Source of the DNA: Burkholderiales bacterium
GTDB taxonomy: Bacteria > Pseudomonadota > Gammaproteobacteria > Burkholderiales > SG8-39
NCBI GenBank assembly: GCA_035456405.1
Contig: DATIDG010000084.1
Coordinates: forward strand, 34,321 to 98,320
Direction: 5' to 3'
DNA: 64,000 nt
Of this stretch, positions 56,742 to 64,000 are shown piece by piece. Numbering within the stretch: the stretch's first letter is position 1; every line of letters begins with the position of its first letter. The notes below the pieces were generated by a model, which saw nothing but the letters and a program-made list of their open reading frames with translations, had not been told where the DNA came from and made no database searches. Both the position numbers and the translations under genes were made by a program.

Positions 56742-58295
56742 GTGAGTCTGCTCCTCAACCTGGGCGAGGTCGTCGCCGCGCACGCCGCGCTGACGCCCGA
56801 CAAGATCGGGGCACGGGACCTCGCGCGCGCGATGACCTTCCGGCAGTGGAACGAGCGGTCGTGCCGGCTGGCGAATGGGTTGCTGGGCCTGGAGCTGCGC
56901 AAGGGCGACCGCGTCGCCGTCCTCGCGTACAACTGCGTCGAGTGGCTGGAGATCTATGCGGCGGTGGCCAAGGCGGGGCTCGTGGTCGTGCCGGTCAACT
57001 TTCGCCTTTTGGGCCCGGAGGTGCGGTACATCGCACAGGACGCGGGCGCGAAAGCGTTCATCGTGCAGGACGAGTTGCTGGATCGCGTAGAGCCTGTCCG
57101 GGCGGACCTCTCCATTCCCGCAACTCATTACGTGCACTTCGGCGGTCGACCCTGCCCGGCCGGCTATCGGGCCTACGAGGACCTGCTGGGGCGAGGTGCC
57201 GCGACGGAGCCTGCAGTACCGGTCTCGCCTGCGGACGCGTGGGCATTCATGTACACCTCCGGCACGACCGGCAATCCGAAGGGGGCGATCCGAAGCCACG
57301 AAGCCGCGGCCCTCATCGCGCTCGTGACGGCGCTCGACTTCGGGTTCGCCCGCGATGATGCCGGGCTCCTCGTGATGCCGATGTGCCACGCGAACTCGCT
57401 TTACTTCTACTCCGCGTTCGCGTACTGCGGCGCGAGCTGCGTGGTCTACGATCGCAAGAGCTACGATGCGGAGCATCTGCTCAAGACGCTGGCCGACCAG
57501 CACGTCACCTTCACGTCGCTCGTCCCCACGCACTACATCATGGCGCTCGGACTGTCCGAGGCAGTGAAAAGGCGCTACGACGCCGCCGGCGTGACCAAGC
57601 TCCTGATCTCCTCGGCGCCGGCGCGCCGCGAGACCAAACTTGCAATCATGGAGCACTTCCGCAACTCCCAGCTGTACGAGCTGTACGGCTCGACCGAAGC
57701 AGGATGGGTGACGCTGCTCCGCCCGGACGAGCAGCTCAGCAAGCTCGGTTCGATCGGCCGGGAGTTCACCGGAACCGGAAAGGTGCGCCTGCTCGACGAA
57801 GACGGGAATGACGTTCCCGAGGGAGACGTCGGCGAGCTGTATTCGCGAACGCCGTATGCCTTCAGCGGCTACTGGAACCTGCCCGAGAAGACGGCCGAGG
57901 CCTTCCGCGGCGCCTATTGCACGGTCGGCGACATGGCGCGCCGCGACGCGGACGGCTATTACTATATCGTCGACCGCAAGAAGAACATGATCATCAGCGG
58001 GGGCGAGAACGTGTATCCCTCGGAGGTCGAGAGCCTCCTCGGCACGCACCCCAACGTGAAGGACGTCGCGGTCATCGGGGTACCCCACGAGAAATGGGGC
58101 GAATCGGTGCACGCGGTAATCGTCCTGCACGACGGCGCGACGGCCACCGAGGCCGGGATCCTCGACTGGTGCAAGGACAAGATCGCGGGGTACAAGCGCC
58201 CGCGCTCGGTGGCGTTCATCCGGGAGGAGGAAATGCCGAGGACCGCGACCGGCAAGATCCTGCACCGGGTGCTGCGGAACCGATATGGGGGTTGA
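56742..58295 (+). CDS. Acyl-CoA synthetase (AMP-forming)
   Basis: YTSGTTGNPKG, YGSTEAG, TVGD, DRKKNMIISGGENVYP and PRTATGKI. Confidence 0.92.
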   Translation: MSLLLNLGEVVAAHAALTPDKIGARDLARAMTFRQWNERSCRLANGLLGLELRKGDRVAVLAYNCVEWLEIYAAVAKAGLVVVPVNFRLLGPEVRYIAQDAGAKAFIVQDELLDRVEPVRADLSIPATHYVHFGGRPCPAGYRAYEDLLGRGAATEPAVPVSPADAWAFMYTSGTTGNPKGAIRSHEAAALIALVTALDFGFARDDAGLLVMPMCHANSLYFYSAFAYCGASCVVYDRKSYDAEHLLKTLADQHVTFTSLVPTHYIMALGLSEAVKRRYDAAGVTKLLISSAPARRETKLAIMEHFRNSQLYELYGSTEAGWVTLLRPDEQLSKLGSIGREFTGTGKVRLLDEDGNDVPEGDVGELYSRTPYAFSGYWNLPEKTAEAFRGAYCTVGDMARRDADGYYYIVDRKKNMIISGGENVYPSEVESLLGTHPNVKDVAVIGVPHEKWGESVHAVIVLHDGATATEAGILDWCKDKIAGYKRPRSVAFIREEEMPRTATGKILHRVLRNRYGG

Positions 58296-58826
58296 TCAGC
58301 GGGCTCGCGGCGCGAACTCGCTCCGGTACCGCCTGCCTTTCTTGACGTAGCTCTCCGCGGACTGACGGAGCATCTCGAGCTCCTCGGACCGCAGCTCGCG
58401 GACGACTTTCCCCGGCTGACCGAGGATGAGCACACCGTCCGGGAAGGTCTTGCGCTCGGGGATTAGCGTTTTCGCGCCGACCAGGCAGTTCTTGCCGATC
58501 ACGGCGTGGTTGAGAATCACCGCGCCGATCCCGATCAGGCTGCCGTCGCCGATCGTGCAGCCGTGCACCATCGCCATGTGCCCGACCGACACGTTCGAGC
58601 CGATCGTGACCGGAATTCCCGGATCGGGGTGCACCACGCAGCCGTCCTGCACGTTGGTGCGGTCACCGATGGTGACCAGGTCATTGTCGCCGCGCACGAC
58701 AGCGTTGAACCAGAAGGTGCATTCGTTGCCCACGATGACCGAGCCGATGAGGGAGGCGTTCGGTGCGATGTAGACATCCGGACCGCGAATCTCGACCTTG
58801 CACTCGCCGAGGGAGTAGATCGGCAT
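58296..58826 (-). CDS. Gamma carbonic anhydrase-family (YrdA/PaaY-like) protein
   Basis: WFNAVVRGDND, TNVQDGCVVH and GHMAMVHGC hexapeptide beta-helix. Confidence 0.9.
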   Translation of the reverse strand: MPIYSLGECKVEIRGPDVYIAPNASLIGSVIVGNECTFWFNAVVRGDNDLVTIGDRTNVQDGCVVHPDPGIPVTIGSNVSVGHMAMVHGCTIGDGSLIGIGAVILNHAVIGKNCLVGAKTLIPERKTFPDGVLILGQPGKVVRELRSEELEMLRQSAESYVKKGRRYRSEFAPRAR

Positions 58827-58886
58827 GCGTGTCTCCAGGAGTGATCGGCGCGATGTTAGCATCGTGCCCCGCACGCGAACGCAAGC

Positions 58887-59756
58887 ATGAAGCCGAGCGA
58901 ATCCGTCTTCGTCGACATCCGGGGCCTGCGCTACCACTGCCGGTCGTGGGGCGATGCTGCGCACCCCAAGCTCTTCCTGCTGCACGGCTGGATGGATGTG
59001 TCGGCGTCCTTCCAGTTCTTCGTCGACGCGCTCCAAGGCGACTGGCACTCGATCGCCCTCGACTGGCGCGGTTATGGCCTGACGCAATGGAGCGGGGCGG
59101 ACAGCTACTGGTTCCCGGACTACATTGCGGACCTCGATGCGGTGCTCGCGCGCTTTTCGCCGCAGCAGCCCGTGAACCTCCTCGGGCACAGCATGGGCGG
59201 CAACGTCGCGAGCCTGTACTCGGGGGTGCGGCCGGAGCGCGTAGCGAAGCTCGTGAACCTCGAAGGGTTCGGATTGCGCGGAAACGCGCCCGATCAGGCG
59301 CCGGAACGCTATGGCAAATGGCTCGCAGAGCTCGGCGAGCCCCAGCGCTTTCGCGACTACGCGAGCATGCAGCATCTCGCCAAGCGGCTGCGGCAATCGA
59401 ATCCGCGCCTCGCGCCGGACCGCGCCGCGTTTCTCGCGCACCACTGGGGCATTCCCACGCCGGAGGGGCGCGTCGGACTGCGCAGCGACCCGGCCCACAA
59501 GCGCGTGAATCCCGTGCTGTATCGAATCGAGGAGGCGGAGGCGTGCTGGCGCAAGGTGAAGGCGCCGGTGCTCTGGGTGGAGGGGGCCGAGTCGGAGACC
59601 CTGAAGCATCTGCGCATCGACCTGTCCGCGTACGAGGCGCGCAAGCGCTGCTTCGCGGCGCTCACCGCGCACACGCTCGCGGACGCAGGTCACATGGTGC
59701 ATCACGATCAGCCCGAGGCGCTCGCCCGAATCGTGGAGGACTTCCTGCTGCGCTGA
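58887..59756 (+). CDS. Alpha/beta-fold hydrolase
   Basis: LHGWMD, DWRGYG, GHSMGG and AGHMVHHDQP. Confidence 0.9.
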   Translation: MKPSESVFVDIRGLRYHCRSWGDAAHPKLFLLHGWMDVSASFQFFVDALQGDWHSIALDWRGYGLTQWSGADSYWFPDYIADLDAVLARFSPQQPVNLLGHSMGGNVASLYSGVRPERVAKLVNLEGFGLRGNAPDQAPERYGKWLAELGEPQRFRDYASMQHLAKRLRQSNPRLAPDRAAFLAHHWGIPTPEGRVGLRSDPAHKRVNPVLYRIEEAEACWRKVKAPVLWVEGAESETLKHLRIDLSAYEARKRCFAALTAHTLADAGHMVHHDQPEALARIVEDFLLR

Positions 59757-59799
59757 TCGGGAAGGAAGTGGCGCGAGAGGCGAGTGCTAGAATTGCCGC

Positions 59800-60648
59800 A
59801 TGCTCGCTCCGGTCGCGAACAATTTCGATCTGCACTGCCATTCCAGCGCATCGGACGGCGTCCTGACCCCTGCCGCGGTCGTGCGGCGCGCCGCGGCGAA
59901 CGGCGTTAGCGTCCTTGCGCTCACCGATCACGACGATCTGACCGGCCTTGCCGAAGCGGAGGCAACCGCACAGCAGTGCGGCATTCGCCTCGTTCCGGGT
60001 GTCGAGATCTCGATCACCTGGGGCGGCATCACCGTCCACATCGTCGGCCTCGGCATCGATCCCGCAAGCGACGCGCTTGCGCGCGGCCTTGAGCACGTGC
60101 GTGCGAGCCGCGCGCGGCGCGCCGAACGGATCGCGGCGGAGTTCGACGCGCTCGGCATCCCGGGCACCCTCGAGGGCGCGTACTCATATGCCGGTAACCC
60201 GAACCTGGTTGGCCGGGCCCACTTTGCGCGCTTCCTCGTGGGACAGGGCGTCGCGCGCGATGTGAAGTCGGTGTTCCACCGGTATCTCGTCGCCGGAAAG
60301 CCCGCCTACGTCCCGCACGAGTGGGCCGCGCTTGCCGATGCGGTGACTTGGATTCGGGCGAGCGGCGGTCGCGCGGTCGTGGCGCACCCGGGGCGCTACA
60401 GGCTTACCCGCGAGGAGTTGCGCAGGTTTCTCGCCGAATTCGTGGCCGCCGGCGGCGAGTCGATCGAGGTCGTGACCGGCAGCCACACCCGCGCGCAGTA
60501 TCACGAGTTCGCGCAACTCGCGCGCGAGTTCGGTTTCCTCGCCTCGCGCGGTTCGGACTTCCATGGGCCGGACGAGAGCGGGATCGACCTCGGGCAGCTG
60601 CCGCTTCTGCCGGCGGACCTGAAGCCGGTGTGGTACGACTGGGCGTAG
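59800..60648 (+). CDS. PHP-domain protein (TrpH/YciV, RNase AM / 3',5'-nucleoside bisphosphate phosphatase family)
   Basis: DLHCHSSASDG, LTDHD, GRAHFAR, AHPGRY and GSDFH. Confidence 0.9.
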   Translation: MLAPVANNFDLHCHSSASDGVLTPAAVVRRAAANGVSVLALTDHDDLTGLAEAEATAQQCGIRLVPGVEISITWGGITVHIVGLGIDPASDALARGLEHVRASRARRAERIAAEFDALGIPGTLEGAYSYAGNPNLVGRAHFARFLVGQGVARDVKSVFHRYLVAGKPAYVPHEWAALADAVTWIRASGGRAVVAHPGRYRLTREELRRFLAEFVAAGGESIEVVTGSHTRAQYHEFAQLAREFGFLASRGSDFHGPDESGIDLGQLPLLPADLKPVWYDWA

Positions 60649-60705
60649 CAGGACGATGAAGAACACGTGCAGAACACCTAGGGGAGGTGTCCTGCATGAG
60701 CCCGA

Positions 60706-61329
60706 TTGGCCCAGTACTTCCTAATCCATCCGACCCACCCGCAGCCCCGGTTGCTGACGCGCGCGGCGGAAATCGTGCGCGGCGGGGGTGTCATCGCGTA
60801 CCCGACCGATTCCTGCTACGCGCTTGGCTGCCACGTCGGCGACAAGGGGGCAATGGAGCGGCTGCGGCGGATCCGGCGCGTCGACGAGCGCCATCACTTC
60901 ACGCTGATGTGCCGCGATCTGTCGGAGCTCGGCACGTACGCGCGCGTCGACAACGCGCAGTACCGCCTGCTCAGGGCCCTGACGCCGGGCAGCTACACGT
61001 TCATCCTCGTGGCCACAAAGGACCTGCCGCGCCGGATTCTCCACCCGCGCCGCAAGACGATCGGGCTGCGCGTTCCGGACCACGCGGTCGCGCTGGCGCT
61101 CCTCGCGGAGCTCGGTGAGCCGCTGCTCTCGACCACGCTGATGCTCCCTGGCGACGACGCGCCGCTCGGGGACGCCGGCGAGATCCGCACGCGTCTCGAG
61201 CGGGAGGTGGATCTCGTGCTCGACGGCGGTCCGTGCGGAACCGAGCCAACCACCGTGGTGGACCTGACTGGCGCGGCGCCGGAGGTCGTGCGCGCAGGCA
61301 AGGGGCCGACCGCGCCTTTCGTGCGCTGA
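60706..61329 (+). CDS. yciO: Sua5/YciO/YrdC family protein (YciO-like)
   Basis: YPTDSCYALGC, HHFTLMCRDLSE, RKTIGLRVP and PTTVVDL; follows the PHP gene. Confidence 0.87.
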   Translation: MAQYFLIHPTHPQPRLLTRAAEIVRGGGVIAYPTDSCYALGCHVGDKGAMERLRRIRRVDERHHFTLMCRDLSELGTYARVDNAQYRLLRALTPGSYTFILVATKDLPRRILHPRRKTIGLRVPDHAVALALLAELGEPLLSTTLMLPGDDAPLGDAGEIRTRLEREVDLVLDGGPCGTEPTTVVDLTGAAPEVVRAGKGPTAPFVR

Positions 61330-61336
61330 ATGCGCG

Positions 61337-61361
61337 CGCTCTCCGCGAAGCGCGGAGAGCG
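61337..61361. repeat. GC-rich hairpin after yciO
   Basis: CGCTCTCCGCG-AAG-CGCGGAGAGCG forms a perfect 11-bp stem with no U-tract; a TAGAAT -10 follows at about 61369. Confidence 0.5.
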
Positions 61362-61400
61362 ACTCTGCTAGAATCTAAAGCTTCCCCGCCATCCCAGCCG

Positions 61401-62084
61401 ATGAATATCGAAAGCCTCGTCTCGACCATCGCGATCTACGCCCTGCCGGTCGTCTTCGCGATCACGTTGCACGAGGCGGCGCACGGCTACGTGGCGAAGC
61501 ACTTCGGCGACACGACAGCGTTCGTCCTGGGTCGCGTCAGCCTCAATCCGATGCGCCACATCGACCTCGTCGGGACCATCCTCGTCCCTCTCCTCATCCT
61601 CCTCGCGACGTCGTGGAGCGGCGGGCGCGGGATGCTGTTCGGATGGGCGAAGCCGGTGCCGGTCAACTACCACGCGCTGCGGCGCCCGCGCCAGCACATG
61701 ATGTGGGTCGCGGCCGCCGGCCCCGGAGCGAATCTCGCGATGGCGCTCGGGTGGGCGCTCGTCGGCAAGGTCGCGGTGATGATGCCCGAGAACTACTTCA
61801 CCGTGCCGCTGTTCCTGATCAGCCGCGCCGGCGTCGAGGTAAACGTCGTGCTGATGCTGCTCAATCTGCTGCCGATCCTGCCCCTCGACGGCGGGCGGAT
61901 CGTGGCGAGCCTGCTCCCGCCGCGCGTCTCCGACAGCTACGCGCGGCTCGAGCCGCTCGGCTTCCCGATTCTGCTCGCCCTGATGTTCACCAACCTGCTC
62001 GGCGTCGTGATGTATCCGATGGTCGCCGGCTCGATCCAGCTCATCGCGAACGCATTCCAGCTGCCGCTGCTGGGCACGCTCTGA
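61401..62084 (+). CDS. Site-2 protease (M50) family membrane metalloprotease
   Basis: HEAAH zinc motif, AAAGP and NLLPILPLDGG. Confidence 0.92.
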   Translation: MNIESLVSTIAIYALPVVFAITLHEAAHGYVAKHFGDTTAFVLGRVSLNPMRHIDLVGTILVPLLILLATSWSGGRGMLFGWAKPVPVNYHALRRPRQHMMWVAAAGPGANLAMALGWALVGKVAVMMPENYFTVPLFLISRAGVEVNVVLMLLNLLPILPLDGGRIVASLLPPRVSDSYARLEPLGFPILLALMFTNLLGVVMYPMVAGSIQLIANAFQLPLLGTL

Positions 62085-62086
62085 TC

Positions 62087-63289
62087 ATGGTCCCGGAGCG
62101 CGTCGTTTCGGGCATGCGCCCCACCGGCAACCTGCACCTCGGGCACTTCCACGGGGCGCTCAAGAATTGGGTGCGCCTTCAGAGCGAGTACCCGTGCTTC
62201 TTCTTCGTCGCCGACTGGCACGCGCTCACCACCCATTACGACACTCCGGAAGTGATCGAGGAGAACGTCTGGGAGATGGTGATCGACTGGCTCGCGGCCG
62301 GCATCGATCCGGCGCAGGCGACGCTCTTCATCCAGTCGCGCATCCCCGAGCACGCCGAGCTGCATGCGCTGCTCTCGATGATCACGCCGCTCGGCTGGCT
62401 CGAGCGCGTGCCGACGTACAAGGACCAGCAGGAGAAGCTCGTCGACAAGGACCTCTCCACCTACGGGTTCCTCGGCTACCCGCTGCTGCAGAGCGCCGAC
62501 GTGCTGATCTACCGCGCGAAGTACGTGCCGGTCGGCGAGGACCAGGTACCGCACGTCGAGTTCATGCGCGAGATCGCGCGGCGCTTCAACCACGTCTACG
62601 GCCGCGAGCCCGGGTTCGAGGAGAAGGCGCAGGCCGCGGTCAAGAAGCTCGGGAGTCGCAAGGCGCGGCTCTACCGCGAGTTGCGCACGAAGTTCCAGGA
62701 ACAGGGCGACCAGGCGGCCCTCGAGTCGGCGCGTGCGCTGCTCGAGGAAGCGCAGAACCTGTCCGTTGCTGATCGCGAGCGGCTGTTCGGCTATCTCGAA
62801 GGCGGCGGGCGCATGATCCTCGTCGAGCCCGATGTCCTGCTGACCGAGGCCTCGAAGCTTCCCGGCCTCGACGGTGCGAAGATGTCGAAGTCCTATGGCA
62901 ACACGATCGGGCTGCGGGAGGACGCCGAGAGCGTGACGCGCAAGATCCGCACGATGCCGACCGATCCGGCGCGCGTAAAGCGGACCGATCCCGGCGACCC
63001 GGAGAAATGCCCGGTCTGGCAGTTCCACCTCGTGTACTCGGACGAGAAGACCTGCGAGTGGGTCCAGAAGGGCTGCCGCAGCGCCGGCATCGGCTGCCTC
63101 GAGTGCAAGCAGCCGGTGATCGACAAGGTACTCGCCGAGCAGGGCCCGATGCGCGAGCGCGCGCAGAAGTACCTGGACGACCCGACTCTGGTGCGCAGCA
63201 TCGTCGCGGACGGCTGCGACAAGGCTCGCGAGCTGGCGCGCGAGACCATGCGCGAGGTGCGCGAGGCGATGGGACTAAACTACGCGTAG
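62087..63289 (+). CDS. trpS: Tryptophan--tRNA ligase
   Basis: SGMRPTGNLHLGH, YPLLQSAD, VPVGEDQ and KMSKS. Confidence 0.97.
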   Translation: MVPERVVSGMRPTGNLHLGHFHGALKNWVRLQSEYPCFFFVADWHALTTHYDTPEVIEENVWEMVIDWLAAGIDPAQATLFIQSRIPEHAELHALLSMITPLGWLERVPTYKDQQEKLVDKDLSTYGFLGYPLLQSADVLIYRAKYVPVGEDQVPHVEFMREIARRFNHVYGREPGFEEKAQAAVKKLGSRKARLYRELRTKFQEQGDQAALESARALLEEAQNLSVADRERLFGYLEGGGRMILVEPDVLLTEASKLPGLDGAKMSKSYGNTIGLREDAESVTRKIRTMPTDPARVKRTDPGDPEKCPVWQFHLVYSDEKTCEWVQKGCRSAGIGCLECKQPVIDKVLAEQGPMRERAQKYLDDPTLVRSIVADGCDKARELARETMREVREAMGLNYA

Positions 63290-63304
63290 GTCCGGGTCCT
63301 TCGA

Positions 63305-64000
63305 ATGCCTCTAGAGCTCATCCACTCCAGCGACGCACCGCAGCCGGTGGCCCGGGTGCGCGGGCAGCCGCTGACGGAGCTGCCGCCGGATCTCTACATC
63401 CCACCCGACGCGCTCGAGGTGTTCCTCGACACGTTCGAGGGGCCGCTCGACCTGCTGCTCTACCTGATCCGCAAGGCGAACGTCGACATCCTCGACATCC
63501 CGATGGCGCGGCTCACGTATCAGTACCTCGAGTACGTCGAGGCAATGCGGCGCAATAACCTCGAACTGGCGGCCGAGTACCTGGTGATGGCGGCGATGCT
63601 GATGGAGATCAAGTCGCGTCTGCTGCGGCCGCGGCCCCCGCACGCGGCCGAGGAGGGGCTCGACCCGCGCGCCGAGTTGGTGCGTCGGCTGCTCGAGTAC
63701 GAACGCATGAAGGCGGCCGGCCAGAAGCTCGACGCCCTGCCGCAGTGCGACCGCGACTTCACGGCCGTGGAGGTGTGGATCGAGCAGTCGATCGTGAAGC
63801 GCCTGCCGCAGGTGCACGTCCACGACCTCGAGAACGCGTGGCGAATGCTGCTCGCCCGGGCCAGGCTGAGCCGCCACCACAAGGTGACGCGCGACGAGCT
63901 GTCGGTGCGGGAGCATATGACGCTCATCCTGCGGAAGCTGACCGGGGCGGGCTTTTGCGAGTTCGCGAGTTTGTTCGAGCCGTGGCGCGGCGTCGCGGTG
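63305..64000 (+). CDS. scpA: Segregation and condensation protein A (3' end runs off the window)
   Basis: LYIPPDALEVFLDTFEGPLDLLLYLIRK...AAEYLVMAAMLMEIKSRLL...DPRAELVRRLLEYE. Confidence 0.95.
   Translation, partial: MPLELIHSSDAPQPVARVRGQPLTELPPDLYIPPDALEVFLDTFEGPLDLLLYLIRKANVDILDIPMARLTYQYLEYVEAMRRNNLELAAEYLVMAAMLMEIKSRLLRPRPPHAAEEGLDPRAELVRRLLEYERMKAAGQKLDALPQCDRDFTAVEVWIEQSIVKRLPQVHVHDLENAWRMLLARARLSRHHKVTRDELSVREHMTLILRKLTGAGFCEFASLFEPWRGVAV

Noticed and set aside
62560..62830. Large insertion in TrpRS as an intein or novelty
   Set aside because: It has no intein termini, and a helical insert giving ~400-aa TrpRS is normal in this lineage as far as I know.
1..64000. CRISPR arrays, tRNA/rRNA genes, IS transposases
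   Set aside because: No regularly spaced direct repeats, cloverleaf or rRNA signatures, or transposase ORFs were seen in the short intergenic regions on manual reading.

Overview
This is a very GC-rich, densely coding bacterial chromosomal segment. Gene content and order (DUF3460, PHP-yciO-M50-trpS-scpA, long-insert TrpRS, E. coli-type LexA box) suggest a betaproteobacterium. No rRNA, tRNA, CRISPR array or intact transposase was seen. The main blocks are: (1) about 1-15.8 kb, a neutral-lipid island (fadD, laoCBA-like alcohol/aldehyde oxidation genes, lipase, two-domain fatty acyl-CoA reductase, phasin, patatin, PhaD-like TetR, RMDN-like TPR, WS/DGAT, ACBP, PHA-granule-region protein, cfa) that looks like a complete wax-ester cycle using PHA-granule proteins without a PHA synthase in the window; (2) argD behind a candidate arginine attenuator (Arg-rich leader plus terminator); (3) an extended SOS mutagenesis operon, orfX-lexA-imuA-imuB-dnaE2-TPR-TPR, with a LexA box over its -10; (4) fdxA plus a fused GltD/NfnB-PyrK/NfnA-like flavoenzyme and pmtA; (5) a nicotinate-type reductive catabolic cluster with a hydantoinase/oxoprolinase pair where an enamidase is expected, and a ~270-bp degenerate palindrome inside its ABC operon; (6) a GldAFG-DUF4340 ABC system; (7) thiolase, hydroxyacyl-CoA dehydrogenase, a candidate actinobacterial-type 2-hydroxyacyl-CoA lyase and an acyl-CoA synthetase; (8) housekeeping genes up to scpA. 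All family calls rest on motif recognition by eye, with no database search.
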